From a virus: a stretch of 64,000 nucleotides of DNA. The notes below the pieces were generated by a model. That model was not told the origin of the DNA. It made no database searches and saw only the letters and a list, made by a program, of their open reading frames with translations. The translations under genes were made by a program, and so were the position numbers. Location: positions 48,473-112,472 of IMG/VR virus record IMGVR_UViG_3300034272_001701, one strand, 5' to 3'. Of this stretch, positions 50,601 to 59,807 are shown piece after piece (the first letter of the stretch is position 1; the number at the start of each line of letters is the position of its first letter).

Positions 50601-50902
50601 GCTAATTTTAGTATACTGTCGCGACGTTCGGCTGTATCTAAAAAATTCTCTCTGGCGTTGAGGTCTGTTCTAAACGCCAAACTCTGTCCTAAAAATGCAA
50701 TAAGATCGATCAGTGCAATATATTCTGAGCTTTCAGTAAAATCGTTGAAGTCTTCAGGGTAATATGTACGCAAGTATTCGATCATGCTCTTGCGTAAAGT
50801 TTCAAAGTCAAAGCTTTGAAAATCTGCTTCTCGGAAAGTCTGGTAAATTTTGGTCCAGTCTTGACGAGCTAATAAACTTGTTTGTCTTGTAGTAATAGCC
50901 AT
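47615..50902 (-). CDS. Baseplate wedge subunit (T4 gp6-like)
   Basis: DFETLRKSMIEYLR..FNDF.ESS, ENFLDTAERRDSILKLAKLISYNPKR and ETLEDIRTKAP..YYTQNRMVTGEDY. Confidence 0.85.
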   Translation of the reverse strand: MAITTRQTSLLARQDWTKIYQTFREADFQSFDFETLRKSMIEYLRTYYPEDFNDFTESSEYIALIDLIAFLGQSLAFRTDLNARENFLDTAERRDSILKLAKLISYNPKRSIPSSGYLKFQNISTTEIVYDSSGTNLSNQLVNWNDSTNENWLEQFTTILNAALVSTQAIGKPGASKSLSGVNTDEYAIDLLNGLIPVQPYTASVAGVTYPFEIVSPTSADQSYIYEKDPAPSGAFNFLYRNDNQGNGSNNTGYFFFFKQGELKNLDFTITESLPNRIVNVNFDNINNTDIWLYSLNSAGTPTTLWTQVPAVNGINVIYNNTADRNLYSVSSRANDQIDLVFGDGSFTNIPTGNFRLYYRVSNNQTYKITPEEMSAVTVSIPYRGRTGRAENLTIRASLQYTVTNATARETLEDIRTKAPQQYYTQNRMVTGEDYNVLPFTTFSNILKIKAVNRSSSGVSRFLDVVDATGKYSSTNIFAEDGIIYSEETSEIETFQFTSSSEVNYILQNLILPLIAKIPTRHLYYQTATRYSPTGSWTKVSSNGGRSTGTFDSTSYIYLTQGALVKFTAPTGQYFDAQNKLKTGTPITEYERTSLWASIISYPTPGVGNATLSIDLPTGAEIDEVIPVFANSWSASLTSTVINNILSYKTFGVRYDIVNKIWTTIDEANLGSGSFNLTNAGNTSGTGLDNSWFLKFVFANQEYTVTSRGVNYYFESERETRFYYDPDVKVYDSKTATTRLDAIKILRTNTLPDSTSSLFYSQIYRVWNRVVESDGFEDNRKIYVTFPDDNLDEVPDDPDLFNTLVAPSVNPQNKFVYFVQAIDQFNFVKYDPVDQETIVSAYGTETEIINNITLYTDDTIFYAYTENKFFRSTGTALILLSDYIAKTGRQNLMFQYTHNAPNSRRIDPSPNNLIDFYILTRSYSDQYYAYVTDPTNRVQEPVAPTSDELRTEFGSIENFKTISDSIIYNPATFKPLFGNKAVDSLRATFKVVKNPNVNISDNDVKSQVIAAINTYFDISNWEFGETFYFSELSAYLHSALTPNVSSVVIVPAAELASFGTLYQINAEANEILVSAATVDNVQIISAITAGQLNIA

Positions 50903-50920
50903 AGTTATACCTATATTCAG

Positions 50921-50926
50921 TATTTA
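50921..50926 (-). promoter_or_regulatory. Putative late promoter box TAAATA
   Basis: caTAAATAct in the gap upstream of the gp6-like gene. Confidence 0.55.
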
Positions 50927-50948
50927 TGGCAAAGAAAAAGTGGTATTA

Positions 50949-51329
50949 TTATGATGTTATAAGATTGTTTGTGTTGGAATTAAATTCCAAATTTAATTGT
51001 TGTGAATAATTACCAGGCAAAAAAGTCAGCTCCACTTGTATTTGAATTCCGTGCTCAAATTCATCTAATATTACATTATCCACACGTAGACGTGGATCGT
51101 ACCCTACGATTCTTCGTACATCTTCCACAATAGTTGATTTTACATCGGCTGTTAACGGTTCGTACAGCATGTTCCAGATTATACTTCCAAAATCTGGATT
51201 CATTAATTTTTGTCCTTTACGGATGCTAAAATGATTTATAAGATCGCGTTTCACTAGTTCTGCGTCAGTAAGACGGAACTTTTTTACCTGATTTATTGTG
51301 CTAAATCCTCTGTATCTAGTGTTTGCCAT
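50949..51329 (-). CDS. Baseplate wedge subunit / sheath initiator (gp25-like)
   Basis: LVKRDLINHF.IRKGQKLMNPDFGS.IW.MLYEP and YDPRL. Confidence 0.88.
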   Translation of the reverse strand: MANTRYRGFSTINQVKKFRLTDAELVKRDLINHFSIRKGQKLMNPDFGSIIWNMLYEPLTADVKSTIVEDVRRIVGYDPRLRVDNVILDEFEHGIQIQVELTFLPGNYSQQLNLEFNSNTNNLITS

Positions 51330-51334
51330 ACTGT

Positions 51335-51340
51335 TATTTA
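51335..51340 (-). promoter_or_regulatory. Putative late promoter box TAAATA, leaderless spacing
   Basis: atTAAATAacagtATG; the TAA is also the stop codon of the upstream gene. Confidence 0.5.
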
Positions 51341-51628
51341 ATCCTTAAACAAGTTATAACCCAAATCAAAATAGAATTGCCCTGGACGCCCTTGATCGTC
51401 ATATATGTCTTTGGTCAGTCGCCATTGGGCAGCGGCTATAGCCGATTCTGGTGCGCTTTTGAACTGATACATTACTGCAAGCATACCAGCAATAGTTTTT
51501 TTATTGTCCTCAGGACTCAATCCGTTGGACCATAAAAGTTTGTGATATGCTTCACTAAAATTATAAGTTTGATCTTCTATCGCAATGTGTTGTTTCAATC
51601 TACCAAGTTCTGTTTCGTCTAGCATCAT
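51338..51628 (-). CDS. Small paralog of the lysozyme-like domain in 51625..52932
   Basis: IAGMLAVMYQF..WR..DDQGRPGQFYFDLG versus VAGMLAVAYQF..WR..DSKNRPGSLFYNAG in the upstream gene. Confidence 0.6.
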   Translation of the reverse strand: MMLDETELGRLKQHIAIEDQTYNFSEAYHKLLWSNGLSPEDNKKTIAGMLAVMYQFKSAPESAIAAAQWRLTKDIYDDQGRPGQFYFDLGYNLFKD

Positions 51629-52932
51629 GGCAAGGACTCCGTTGAAACATCTGCGCCTAAATTTTGTACAGCAAATCTTCCGGCATTATAAAATAACGAT
51701 CCAGGACGATTTTTACTGTCTTTTTCTTTTCCTTTTTGGCGCCAATCCTTTGCTTTGTTAGCTGGTAAACTGTTTGATAAATCATCACCGGCCGCTTTGA
51801 GTTTACTGACATCAATTTTTGCTGCGGCTGTTTTTAACTGTGCAGATGATCCTTCTAATCCTGGCGCTAACGCAGCCTTTACACTTTCTGTTGCTTTTGC
51901 TGCAGAATCTGTTACAGTTGGTATACCAGTTGTTATTTTTTTATCAGCTGATGTTCCTGAACTAACAGTAGCAGATGTGGGATTTTTTGCTTTAATGTCT
52001 GAAGCAATTGCATTGATTCCGCTACTTATTAAACTTCCAGACACTGATTCTATAGAAGCCCCGGATCCTGGTGCTAGACTTCCTGCCAATGATTGACTCA
52101 GCCCAGATGCAGCTGATACTAGTCCCGCAGTATCAGCTGACCCCAATGATCCCATCAAGCCGGTGGCCGCCGAAAACCCTTGTTGTAGGCTCGGGTTTGC
52201 ATCTTGAAATTGATATGCAACTGCTAACATACCAGCAACAACTTCTTTTGTATCATATTCTTTAATTGCGCCAGATTTAATACAGGCATTGTATTGATTT
52301 AACAAAAACTTTTCCATTATGCGATCTTGCACGTTCACATCAAATGTAAACTCAAATTCTGACGTTACTCCATCTTTACCAGTAAAGGCTGCTCCATTGG
52401 AAAATTTATAACCGTAATTGACTAGTGTTTTATTATGTACTGCGTATCTGCCAATGCGGGGAGGTTGGTTATATGTACTGTCGTTGTTGGTTTCCATAAA
52501 AGCAATTTGTACCATTATGGCTTTTATATCACTTTCTCTCAATTGAGGGATAGTAGATTTAACTTTTGGAGTTGGTGCTCCAATTGGTGCAGCTGGATCA
52601 TCAAGTAGTACTCTTGGTGCACCTTGGCTAAAGGGATCTTTCCTGGCCTGTTCAGGGCCAAGATTATTTGATTGTGATTTGGCCTGTTGGCCAGCAGCAG
52701 CACTGGGTTTACCAGTATCACCAGTGACTGAAGAATTGACAGCTTTTAAATTTGCTTTGACCCCAGCAGGCAAGTTGTCTGCCGCAGTTAACACCGTAGA
52801 AGCATTAACTCCTCCGCTTTGAAATGCACTGAACATGGCTGCTGCTGTGCTTGCTCCTGCTTTTACTTCAGCGTTGGCTTTGGGATTGTTTGCTACTGTT
52901 TGGTTTACAAATTCTGTTACGTTAATAGGCAT
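51625..52932 (-). CDS. Baseplate-associated protein with a degenerate lysozyme-like domain and Ala/Ser-rich linkers
   Basis: IAFMET..YN..IGRY..L...GY..FTGKDG....F....VQDR.M; follows the gp5-like gene. Confidence 0.5.
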   Translation of the reverse strand: MPINVTEFVNQTVANNPKANAEVKAGASTAAAMFSAFQSGGVNASTVLTAADNLPAGVKANLKAVNSSVTGDTGKPSAAAGQQAKSQSNNLGPEQARKDPFSQGAPRVLLDDPAAPIGAPTPKVKSTIPQLRESDIKAIMVQIAFMETNNDSTYNQPPRIGRYAVHNKTLVNYGYKFSNGAAFTGKDGVTSEFEFTFDVNVQDRIMEKFLLNQYNACIKSGAIKEYDTKEVVAGMLAVAYQFQDANPSLQQGFSAATGLMGSLGSADTAGLVSAASGLSQSLAGSLAPGSGASIESVSGSLISSGINAIASDIKAKNPTSATVSSGTSADKKITTGIPTVTDSAAKATESVKAALAPGLEGSSAQLKTAAAKIDVSKLKAAGDDLSNSLPANKAKDWRQKGKEKDSKNRPGSLFYNAGRFAVQNLGADVSTESLP

Positions 52933-52934
52933 AA

Positions 52935-54536
52935 TTACTCTTCCTGACTTCTAGCAGGTTCTACTAGACCACTATTTAATTTTTTCTTGCCAGTTCCTCT
53001 GGTCCACGGTTCGTGTGTTGGTGTAAAAGGTGCAACACTTGATAGGCCACTTTGGCTGTCTAATACCCAACGTTTGGTATCCGGATCAAATCTCACGTTA
53101 TTTTGTTGATACAGTTCCATCGGGGGATTGATTTGTGGTTCCACTGGTGTAGTAGCATTGGGTACAACTTTACCTGCGGTATTAATATAAACTTGATCTC
53201 CACCTTTGAACCAAAGTTCTCCATTGGCCACTTTCCAACCGCTAGTTGCACCAGAGCTAATTGTGGTTTTACCTGAGGTTGTTAACGTGAAGCTGCTGCT
53301 TTTAACATTAAATAATCCGGCTGTTTCTAAACTGGCATTAAGTCCCCTAATGTCAATGCTACCGCCACTACGAACCCCAACTACCCCGGCATTTATATTG
53401 TACAAATCTTTAGCAGTAATTAGTTGTAAAGCAGTTTGTGATTCTATAGATGCGCCGGCATACATTCTTAGACTAGAACCTGCGTTGATGTTCACATTAC
53501 CGTCAGCATGAAAATTTAAATCCATCTCAGATCTAATGTTCAAACTGTCTCCACTGTAAATGTTAATACTGCCTTTGGGGGTAAATTCCAACCAAGCAGT
53601 GCCTTTGTTGTTGATGATATATAACACTTCGTTGGTATCATTTAATAATATTTGATGTCCACCGGCCGAACGCAATCTAACCAGTTGACTATCGCCATAC
53701 AAATCGCCGTCATCCATTACAAAGGTATGCCCGCCGCGACGTTCTGTTGGGTTCCAGTCGCTGATTTTTTCTCCTTGATTACCAAGTTTCAAGGCCTCGT
53801 CCAATGACTCTTTGTCTGGATATTTGTCAGTCAAATCAGGAAATCCTCTGCCAGGAGTACTGATTCCAAATACTCTACTGGGAGATTCTCTAGTGCTTGC
53901 ACTGGTAATTGTTCCTCTGTCAGGGTCTGTTTCTAATCCTTGCTGAATAACAATGTTTGACTGATAGGTATGGAGAACTCTGTCCAGTAGTAAATAATCT
54001 TGCTGGGCACTTCTTTCTTTACTTTCTAAATTTACTTCACTTGCTGGTAAAAAAACATCAGTTGACGGAATATCTCTATCTGTACCAAAACTAGAGTCTA
54101 ATGTGTACGTGGTCGGCCTAACAGGTCTTGCTACACCAGGAACCATGTGTGTGGACTGTGTATTCTGAATACAAGCAAACCAGTATCCTCTACTGATATC
54201 ACCGTTCACAAAAGTAAGCAACACTTGATTTTCGAGATCAGGCGGCACCGCCCAAAATCCATAAGTTTGTGGCTCCGTACCAAAAGTGTTTGGATCTTCA
54301 ACTCCTGGTTTACCAACGGTACTGCCAAAAAATGGACTCGCATAACTTACAGTTATGTAAGGCCCAGTTTCTTCACCACTTAATTCAGCAATCCACACCT
54401 CTAGTCTGCCCTGCCTGGTAGGATCAACATTGTTTTTTACTATTCCAATGTAAGGACCTGGATCAATTTTGATACCAGGTGTTGCATCCTTGTCGTAGGA
54501 AGGATTGACTTTTTTGGGATTGATTGAATCTGCCAT
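52935..54536 (-). CDS. Baseplate hub/central spike (gp5/VgrG OB-fold and beta-helix)
   Basis: GIVKNNVDPTRQGRLEVWI, YGFWAVPPD...VL..F.NGD..GYW, GHTFVMDDG, RSAGGHQI, beta-helix repeats and C-terminal PTHEPW. Confidence 0.82.
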   Translation of the reverse strand: MADSINPKKVNPSYDKDATPGIKIDPGPYIGIVKNNVDPTRQGRLEVWIAELSGEETGPYITVSYASPFFGSTVGKPGVEDPNTFGTEPQTYGFWAVPPDLENQVLLTFVNGDISRGYWFACIQNTQSTHMVPGVARPVRPTTYTLDSSFGTDRDIPSTDVFLPASEVNLESKERSAQQDYLLLDRVLHTYQSNIVIQQGLETDPDRGTITSASTRESPSRVFGISTPGRGFPDLTDKYPDKESLDEALKLGNQGEKISDWNPTERRGGHTFVMDDGDLYGDSQLVRLRSAGGHQILLNDTNEVLYIINNKGTAWLEFTPKGSINIYSGDSLNIRSEMDLNFHADGNVNINAGSSLRMYAGASIESQTALQLITAKDLYNINAGVVGVRSGGSIDIRGLNASLETAGLFNVKSSSFTLTTSGKTTISSGATSGWKVANGELWFKGGDQVYINTAGKVVPNATTPVEPQINPPMELYQQNNVRFDPDTKRWVLDSQSGLSSVAPFTPTHEPWTRGTGKKKLNSGLVEPARSQEE

Positions 54537-54537
54537 T

Positions 54538-57500
54538 TTATGCTATACCTGTCTTTTTTACTGCTTCTATTCGTGCTGTTTGTGCCTGGAAGAATTCTGT
54601 TGTTTGCTTTTGCAAGTTTGCCAGTCGAGTCAGCAACTTCAGTTTCTGTCGACTTTGATCGCTACCGGTTTCAGTCTCAGTTTTATATGTACTCAACGAT
54701 AGTTGTACTATTTGATTTGCTTGCTCTTTAAATGTAGCCTGTAAACCTTCGCGCAAGGCAATTACTTTGTCAGCTTTTTCTGAAGCACTTAATGTGTTGT
54801 CGTTTCTAATTCTAGATAATTCTGCGTTAAAGACTGGTATCTGGGTTTCCCTAGTTTCTACTAGAGCATTTACTTCTGCTTCAGTTTGATCAAGCGCCAG
54901 CTTAGAATCCACTGGCGCTTTTTCTTGTGGTGCTATTGCAGGTGCATCGTTGGCGTTAGATGGTGCTGCTTCAGTTGGCTGAGATGCAGTAGCAACAGTG
55001 CCTTCGCCTGGAGATCTAGTCACTGGATTTGTTGGTGCTTCGGCTGCTGCCTCTTTTAACTTGGCTGTATCTGTGTCGTTAATTCCTGTGTTTTCAACCA
55101 CTTGGTTCGTTGTTGGTTCTGAAATTGGAGTAGGAGTTGCTGTTTCGGCTTGTGCCACAGTGACCTTAAGGTCCACCTTAGGAGTTGTTTTAGGACCGTC
55201 GTCATAAAATAAATCGTTTGGCATTTTAACCAATTCGAGCGTTTGTTCAAACTTTCCTCTATTAAGATCGCTTTTTACTTTGATCAATTTATACACTCCA
55301 CTGAATGTGGAGTCGGTCATTTTGCCGTTGCTCAATTTGATTTGCTTGTTGGTAATTCCAGTAGCATCGTCAATGTCAACAGCACTCTTGATCAACAGTT
55401 GAACAAAAACTTGCTCTTGGTCAAATATTATTTGTCCTGTGCTAGGGTTGATTGGAACTGTTTCATCGCTGTCGGCAGTAGTTTGACTAGAAGTATTGTA
55501 TGCCTGGTACGCAGGGCTCATGGGATTATAATATATGTCGTCCTGTTTTATAAATGCAGGATCACCTATAATACGCAGTTGAACATTGAGATTGTCTCCA
55601 CGACTTGAAGTATAAATGCTGTCAGCCACGTCCGCTACCGCGCTGGCGTTTTTTCTGGAGCTGCTGTTCAATTGTCCGGTGCCTTTTTTATTGACTCCTC
55701 TTGGTTGGTAATATGTAGTTAAATCAGTTGTTCTTACAGGATTGGCCTTGGTTGGGTCGGCATCGGTGGCGTCATTATTGGCATCTCTATTTGGATCCAC
55801 GTAGGCCGACGTGGTTGCGGTTTTATTATCTTTGTACGCAGTAATTGAAGTATAATACAGGCTATCAAAATCTATATCAAGGCTTATAATATCTTGATTC
55901 AATCCTGTGTACAAATAATTGTAGGATCTAACAATTTTACTTTTACCTATTCTGGTTTTAGCAAAATCTGGGTGATAGGCATTAGCTGCTTTGTAAGGCA
56001 CAATACTATACACAACTTGTTTGCTGTATGCATTTCTACTAGGATCAAAATTTAAAAGATACACTTGAGGAATAATTTTGTACCAATCTAAAAATTTATA
56101 TCGATTGAGCTCTGCTTGTGCTTCTCTAAGTTCTTTGGTCAGTTGTTCTCTATCAAGTTGAGTTTGATTGGCGTCATTTAATAAAGTACTTCTGTTTGAA
56201 ATAATTTCTCTGTTTTTTGCTATTGCTTCTTTGGCTGCTTTGACTTGTCCTTCGATATATTCACTACTTTGCATTATCTTGTCAATCAGTTGAACAATAT
56301 TGATACCCGGATTGATATTGAATCCTTGTTTTGTTTTGCCGGAGAGTATTGGTGAATTACGTACCGAAGCTTTCATTGATTCTACTGGATCTGTCATCGG
56401 AACCTTGCTTACTTCAGCAAATTTTTCGTCCACAATTTTGCTTTTTTTCATCTTCTCATTTGGAATATTAAAAGCTATCAAAGAAGGCGGAAAAGCAAAA
56501 GTTTTTCCTGGTCCAGAAACGCCTCGCATAAACGTGTTATAACCTGCTGGATAACTTTTAGTTGTGTAATTCAATGATGCCCTTAGTTTATTGCGTTGTT
56601 CATTGAGTTCAGCCACAGTGGGTTTGGTACCTTGATTTTTACTTTCTTGATCTGCTGCCCATTTTTTTAATTCGCTTTCTACACGTTCTTCATTTTTTTC
56701 TACTTCGGTTGAGAATATTTTCGCTATTTCGCTTCCGCTGTCAAAAAATTCTCCTACTGTTCCGGCTTGTACACTTAATGCCACAGGTAATGCTGCGATT
56801 GAGTCTTGGAATGCCACATGGTTAAATGGAACTGCTCGGCATCTATACTCAGTACCTCCTGTTCCGGGCTTGATCTTCATTTCAATTATTTTAATTGCTA
56901 CACGTTTTCTATCAATTCTAATAGATTTATTTTTTGCTTCGTCAACATTAGATAGGAAATCAATTTCTAATAGATACGGTTGATCAATATAGTTAGGGCT
57001 GTTAACCGGAGGCATACTGCATGCACTTTGCAGTCGATCTAGCAAGGTCATTCCATATGGTTCTACTATAGTAAAACTTATTTCAATCGCATTGCTGGCC
57101 TTGGTTTTTGCATTTAAGCCAACCACAGTTGTCAAACTTAAATTTTCTATAAAAAAGTCTTCTTGGAAATCTGGGTGTCTTCCACTAGCCTCTTTACCAG
57201 TACGTACCATAGCGAACTCAGGCGCATTGGGATAGCCGCCGCCGCTGCTTATTAAAACATACTGTGGATTAAATGTGTCCGGTCTATCACTAAGTGCAGC
57301 ATAATCGTCAGACGATAGTAGGTACAAAGTAATTCTATAGGTAGAGCTAGTATAATCATGCAATTTATTTTTTTTAGCCGGCGCTAGCCTAATAGATAAT
57401 TCTTTTTGTTTTTCGTTGTCTGTTTGATTGGTAGAAGATTGCTTGCTTTTGCCAGTGGTTCCTACAATTGTTTCTTGCCTGCTTTTTTCAGTAGACCTTG

Positions 57501-58524
57501 CATCTTCGCCGGACCGGCTTTCTGATGGTGCTGGCGCAGGAAATGCGTTAGGAGGCAATTCTTCAGCAGCGTCGCTTCTGCCTTGATTGTTTTTAATTTT
57601 GTCAGCTTCGGCGGCGCTGACTGCGGCTGCCGGAACCAAAGCAGGTACAGGATCTGTTGTTTTAGCAGTCGCGGTTGACCCTACACCAGGATCAGGAGAA
57701 ATATTCTCGTTTCTTATTTTTGCTTCCGCTGTTTGTCCGGCTGCAGACTCGTTTGCTGCTTGATCTGCCGACACAGTACCGTCGTTGGCAACTTGTTTGC
57801 CATCGACGTTGGGACGTATTGTTCTCTCTTCGTATTGATTTGCCGGAGGAGGACCTAGCGCATCTCTGTTTGTAGTAACATTAAAATTGGTTCCGCTGGC
57901 TTCTGCTTCTCTTAATGCTTTGCTTTTTTCTCTAAACGGTGCTTGATCAAGACCTTTTGATCTTAAAAATTCGTTTTTGGCTGCGGTAGTGGCTGCTTCG
58001 TCGGCTTTATTGGCAGCTCGATTTTTGTCTGTCCAGTCTCGCATTTCGGCGGTCATTCTGGTTTCTCTTACCCCGCCACCACTGGTTGTAGTTGTTACGT
58101 CCTTTCTGGTATTTGCCGGGCCAGTCGTCTCGGCGTTATCCTCTTCGTCGCTCCATCCTTTTTTGGCCGCCGCTCGTTCCTCTTCTCTTTCTTTTCTAAG
58201 TCTTTCTAAGTTTCTTTCTCGCTCGGCTGCTTTTTCTTGATTTTTTCGTTCTAGTTCGGCTTCGCGATCGGCTGTTTTCTTAGCCTCTGCCGCTGCCATG
58301 GCTTTTTCTTCTTCTTCGGTGTATACTGTCACAGTGCCGTCACCGAAACCTTTAATCAATTGACCTCTAGTAGGACTACCGGCTGTGTCGTCGAGAATGT
58401 AAGCACCCCAGGCTGGTTCGGGGACACCAACACGTCTGAGGGCTTCTTCTTCGTCGACGCCCGACTTTATAAGGGCACTGGCTTCAGCAGCTTTTACTGG
58501 ATCATATGTGTATTTTGTTGCCAA
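54538..58524 (-). CDS. Baseplate hub-like (gp27-like) protein with long low-complexity extensions
   Basis: TTG start behind AGGAG. Core motifs N.LHDY.S.TY, F.I.EPYG, PYLLEIDF, YNYLYTGLNQDI, IIGDP.FI and FSGVY....V...+..GKF.Q.LEL. Confidence 0.6.
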   Translation of the reverse strand: MATKYTYDPVKAAEASALIKSGVDEEEALRRVGVPEPAWGAYILDDTAGSPTRGQLIKGFGDGTVTVYTEEEEKAMAAAEAKKTADREAELERKNQEKAAERERNLERLRKEREEERAAAKKGWSDEEDNAETTGPANTRKDVTTTTSGGGVRETRMTAEMRDWTDKNRAANKADEAATTAAKNEFLRSKGLDQAPFREKSKALREAEASGTNFNVTTNRDALGPPPANQYEERTIRPNVDGKQVANDGTVSADQAANESAAGQTAEAKIRNENISPDPGVGSTATAKTTDPVPALVPAAAVSAAEADKIKNNQGRSDAAEELPPNAFPAPAPSESRSGEDARSTEKSRQETIVGTTGKSKQSSTNQTDNEKQKELSIRLAPAKKNKLHDYTSSTYRITLYLLSSDDYAALSDRPDTFNPQYVLISSGGGYPNAPEFAMVRTGKEASGRHPDFQEDFFIENLSLTTVVGLNAKTKASNAIEISFTIVEPYGMTLLDRLQSACSMPPVNSPNYIDQPYLLEIDFLSNVDEAKNKSIRIDRKRVAIKIIEMKIKPGTGGTEYRCRAVPFNHVAFQDSIAALPVALSVQAGTVGEFFDSGSEIAKIFSTEVEKNEERVESELKKWAADQESKNQGTKPTVAELNEQRNKLRASLNYTTKSYPAGYNTFMRGVSGPGKTFAFPPSLIAFNIPNEKMKKSKIVDEKFAEVSKVPMTDPVESMKASVRNSPILSGKTKQGFNINPGINIVQLIDKIMQSSEYIEGQVKAAKEAIAKNREIISNRSTLLNDANQTQLDREQLTKELREAQAELNRYKFLDWYKIIPQVYLLNFDPSRNAYSKQVVYSIVPYKAANAYHPDFAKTRIGKSKIVRSYNYLYTGLNQDIISLDIDFDSLYYTSITAYKDNKTATTSAYVDPNRDANNDATDADPTKANPVRTTDLTTYYQPRGVNKKGTGQLNSSSRKNASAVADVADSIYTSSRGDNLNVQLRIIGDPAFIKQDDIYYNPMSPAYQAYNTSSQTTADSDETVPINPSTGQIIFDQEQVFVQLLIKSAVDIDDATGITNKQIKLSNGKMTDSTFSGVYKLIKVKSDLNRGKFEQTLELVKMPNDLFYDDGPKTTPKVDLKVTVAQAETATPTPISEPTTNQVVENTGINDTDTAKLKEAAAEAPTNPVTRSPGEGTVATASQPTEAAPSNANDAPAIAPQEKAPVDSKLALDQTEAEVNALVETRETQIPVFNAELSRIRNDNTLSASEKADKVIALREGLQATFKEQANQIVQLSLSTYKTETETGSDQSRQKLKLLTRLANLQKQTTEFFQAQTARIEAVKKTGIA

Positions 58525-58525
58525 G

Positions 58526-58831
58526 TTATACTCCTAGGTCTTGTTGGAGTGTGGCCTTTTTGGGAATAAAAATTTGAACTCCGGCACGAAAATCAAAAAG
58601 CGGATCTTTGAGGACATTGGGATTACGCATGGCAAATACCCACCACAGGGCACTATCGCCGTATAAGTCAGAAGCTAGAATATCAGGTCTGTACTCGTAC
58701 ACTTTATCGATTTCATATAATACATCGTCGTCTTTTTTGGTAATAGGTCTTTGTACCATGACATCAAGAAAATTTCCAAATGTACTGGTCTGTGCGTAAG
58801 GACTGGTACTTGAATATGCAGCTTTGGCCAT
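58526..58831 (-). CDS. Baseplate wedge subunit (gp53/LysM-like)
   Basis: YEYRPDILASDLYGDSALWWVFAMRN...DP..DF..G..I.IP. Confidence 0.8.
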   Translation of the reverse strand: MAKAAYSSTSPYAQTSTFGNFLDVMVQRPITKKDDDVLYEIDKVYEYRPDILASDLYGDSALWWVFAMRNPNVLKDPLFDFRAGVQIFIPKKATLQQDLGV

Positions 58832-59766
58832 TATAACATTCCTTTGGTGATCATTTCGCCTCTAGCAAATGCATTGAAGTCAAACTCTCTTTGTCTTGTA
58901 CGACTGTAAACTGGTTGCAAGGTGAGACTAATAGTGCTCACTGTTGGTAATCTTGTTCTTTCAGGTAAAGATGCTGTTTCTGTGGTAATTGTTCCAGGTC
59001 CAGTTTTTGTTGTGGGCTGTTTTGTAGCAGAATCTATAGTAGTCTTGGTAGTATTTTTTGATTGGTATGTAGTTTCAAGATAGTCAACATCATTGGGCAT
59101 GGTGTGACTAAATTGAGTCAACAAGCACGGAACATGCGGTAAATAATGTGCGCCATATCCATCTAGGTATAAAATAGGCGGAGGCGAACCTTGGTAAGTT
59201 CCAGAATTTCCGTAAAACATTTTGGTAGCTGCTCTGAAGAAATATAATGCTCCTAGCAAATACTGTGCATCAAAATCGTTTTGTACTGAGAATTCTCCGC
59301 TAATTTGTATGGCCTGTACTTCGCTAGCTTCATAAAAGTAGTTTGTATAATTGGTATGTGTTAAAGGTTGTGACCCGTATCTTGCCTGATAGGCCACTGT
59401 AACTTGGGGGACATAAGGAAAAATGACACCATCTGTATCTTTTAAATATGCCATAACTCCAGGATTAGGATCCCTGTACAAGATAGATGCTCCGGGATTG
59501 ACACTGATCCTAACACGCCATTCTTCGCCAGATCTATCAAAACCAATAGTAGGCGCAGCTCCTCCGGATCCTGAAGTAAGTGCAGTTCCATCTGCCTGTA
59601 ATCCTGCTTTTAATAAGCGACTTTCTTTTGGGTCTCCACTTCCACTGACTGCTGCTTTTTGGCGTTCAGCGAAAGCAGCCCGTCCTTCGGCATCCAAAGT
59701 GGGATTAAGTTGGCTATTTTTATTAGGAGCGAATAAGCCTAATTTTGAATCTTCGACTACTGGCAT
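58831..59766 (-). CDS. Baseplate-tail tube junction protein (gp48/gp54-like)
   Basis: GVIFPYVP, THTNY, ISGEF, FFRAATKMFYG, GSPPPILYL.GYG...PHVPC and P..STISLTLQP.YSR. Confidence 0.65.
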   Translation of the reverse strand: MPVVEDSKLGLFAPNKNSQLNPTLDAEGRAAFAERQKAAVSGSGDPKESRLLKAGLQADGTALTSGSGGAAPTIGFDRSGEEWRVRISVNPGASILYRDPNPGVMAYLKDTDGVIFPYVPQVTVAYQARYGSQPLTHTNYTNYFYEASEVQAIQISGEFSVQNDFDAQYLLGALYFFRAATKMFYGNSGTYQGSPPPILYLDGYGAHYLPHVPCLLTQFSHTMPNDVDYLETTYQSKNTTKTTIDSATKQPTTKTGPGTITTETASLPERTRLPTVSTISLTLQPVYSRTRQREFDFNAFARGEMITKGML

Positions 59767-59778
59767 TTAATTTTCCTC

Positions 59779-59807
59779 TTGCTTTTTTATTATTTATTTG
59801 TTAAATT
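59779..59807. promoter_or_regulatory. Overlapping divergent promoters: sigma70-like (+) for gp55 and late TAAATA box (-) for the tail operon
   Basis: Plus strand: TTGCTT (59779-84), 17 bp ending TGt, TAAATT (59802-07), with RBS AAGGA at 59821. Minus strand: TAAATA at 59796-59791, inside that spacer. Confidence 0.55.
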
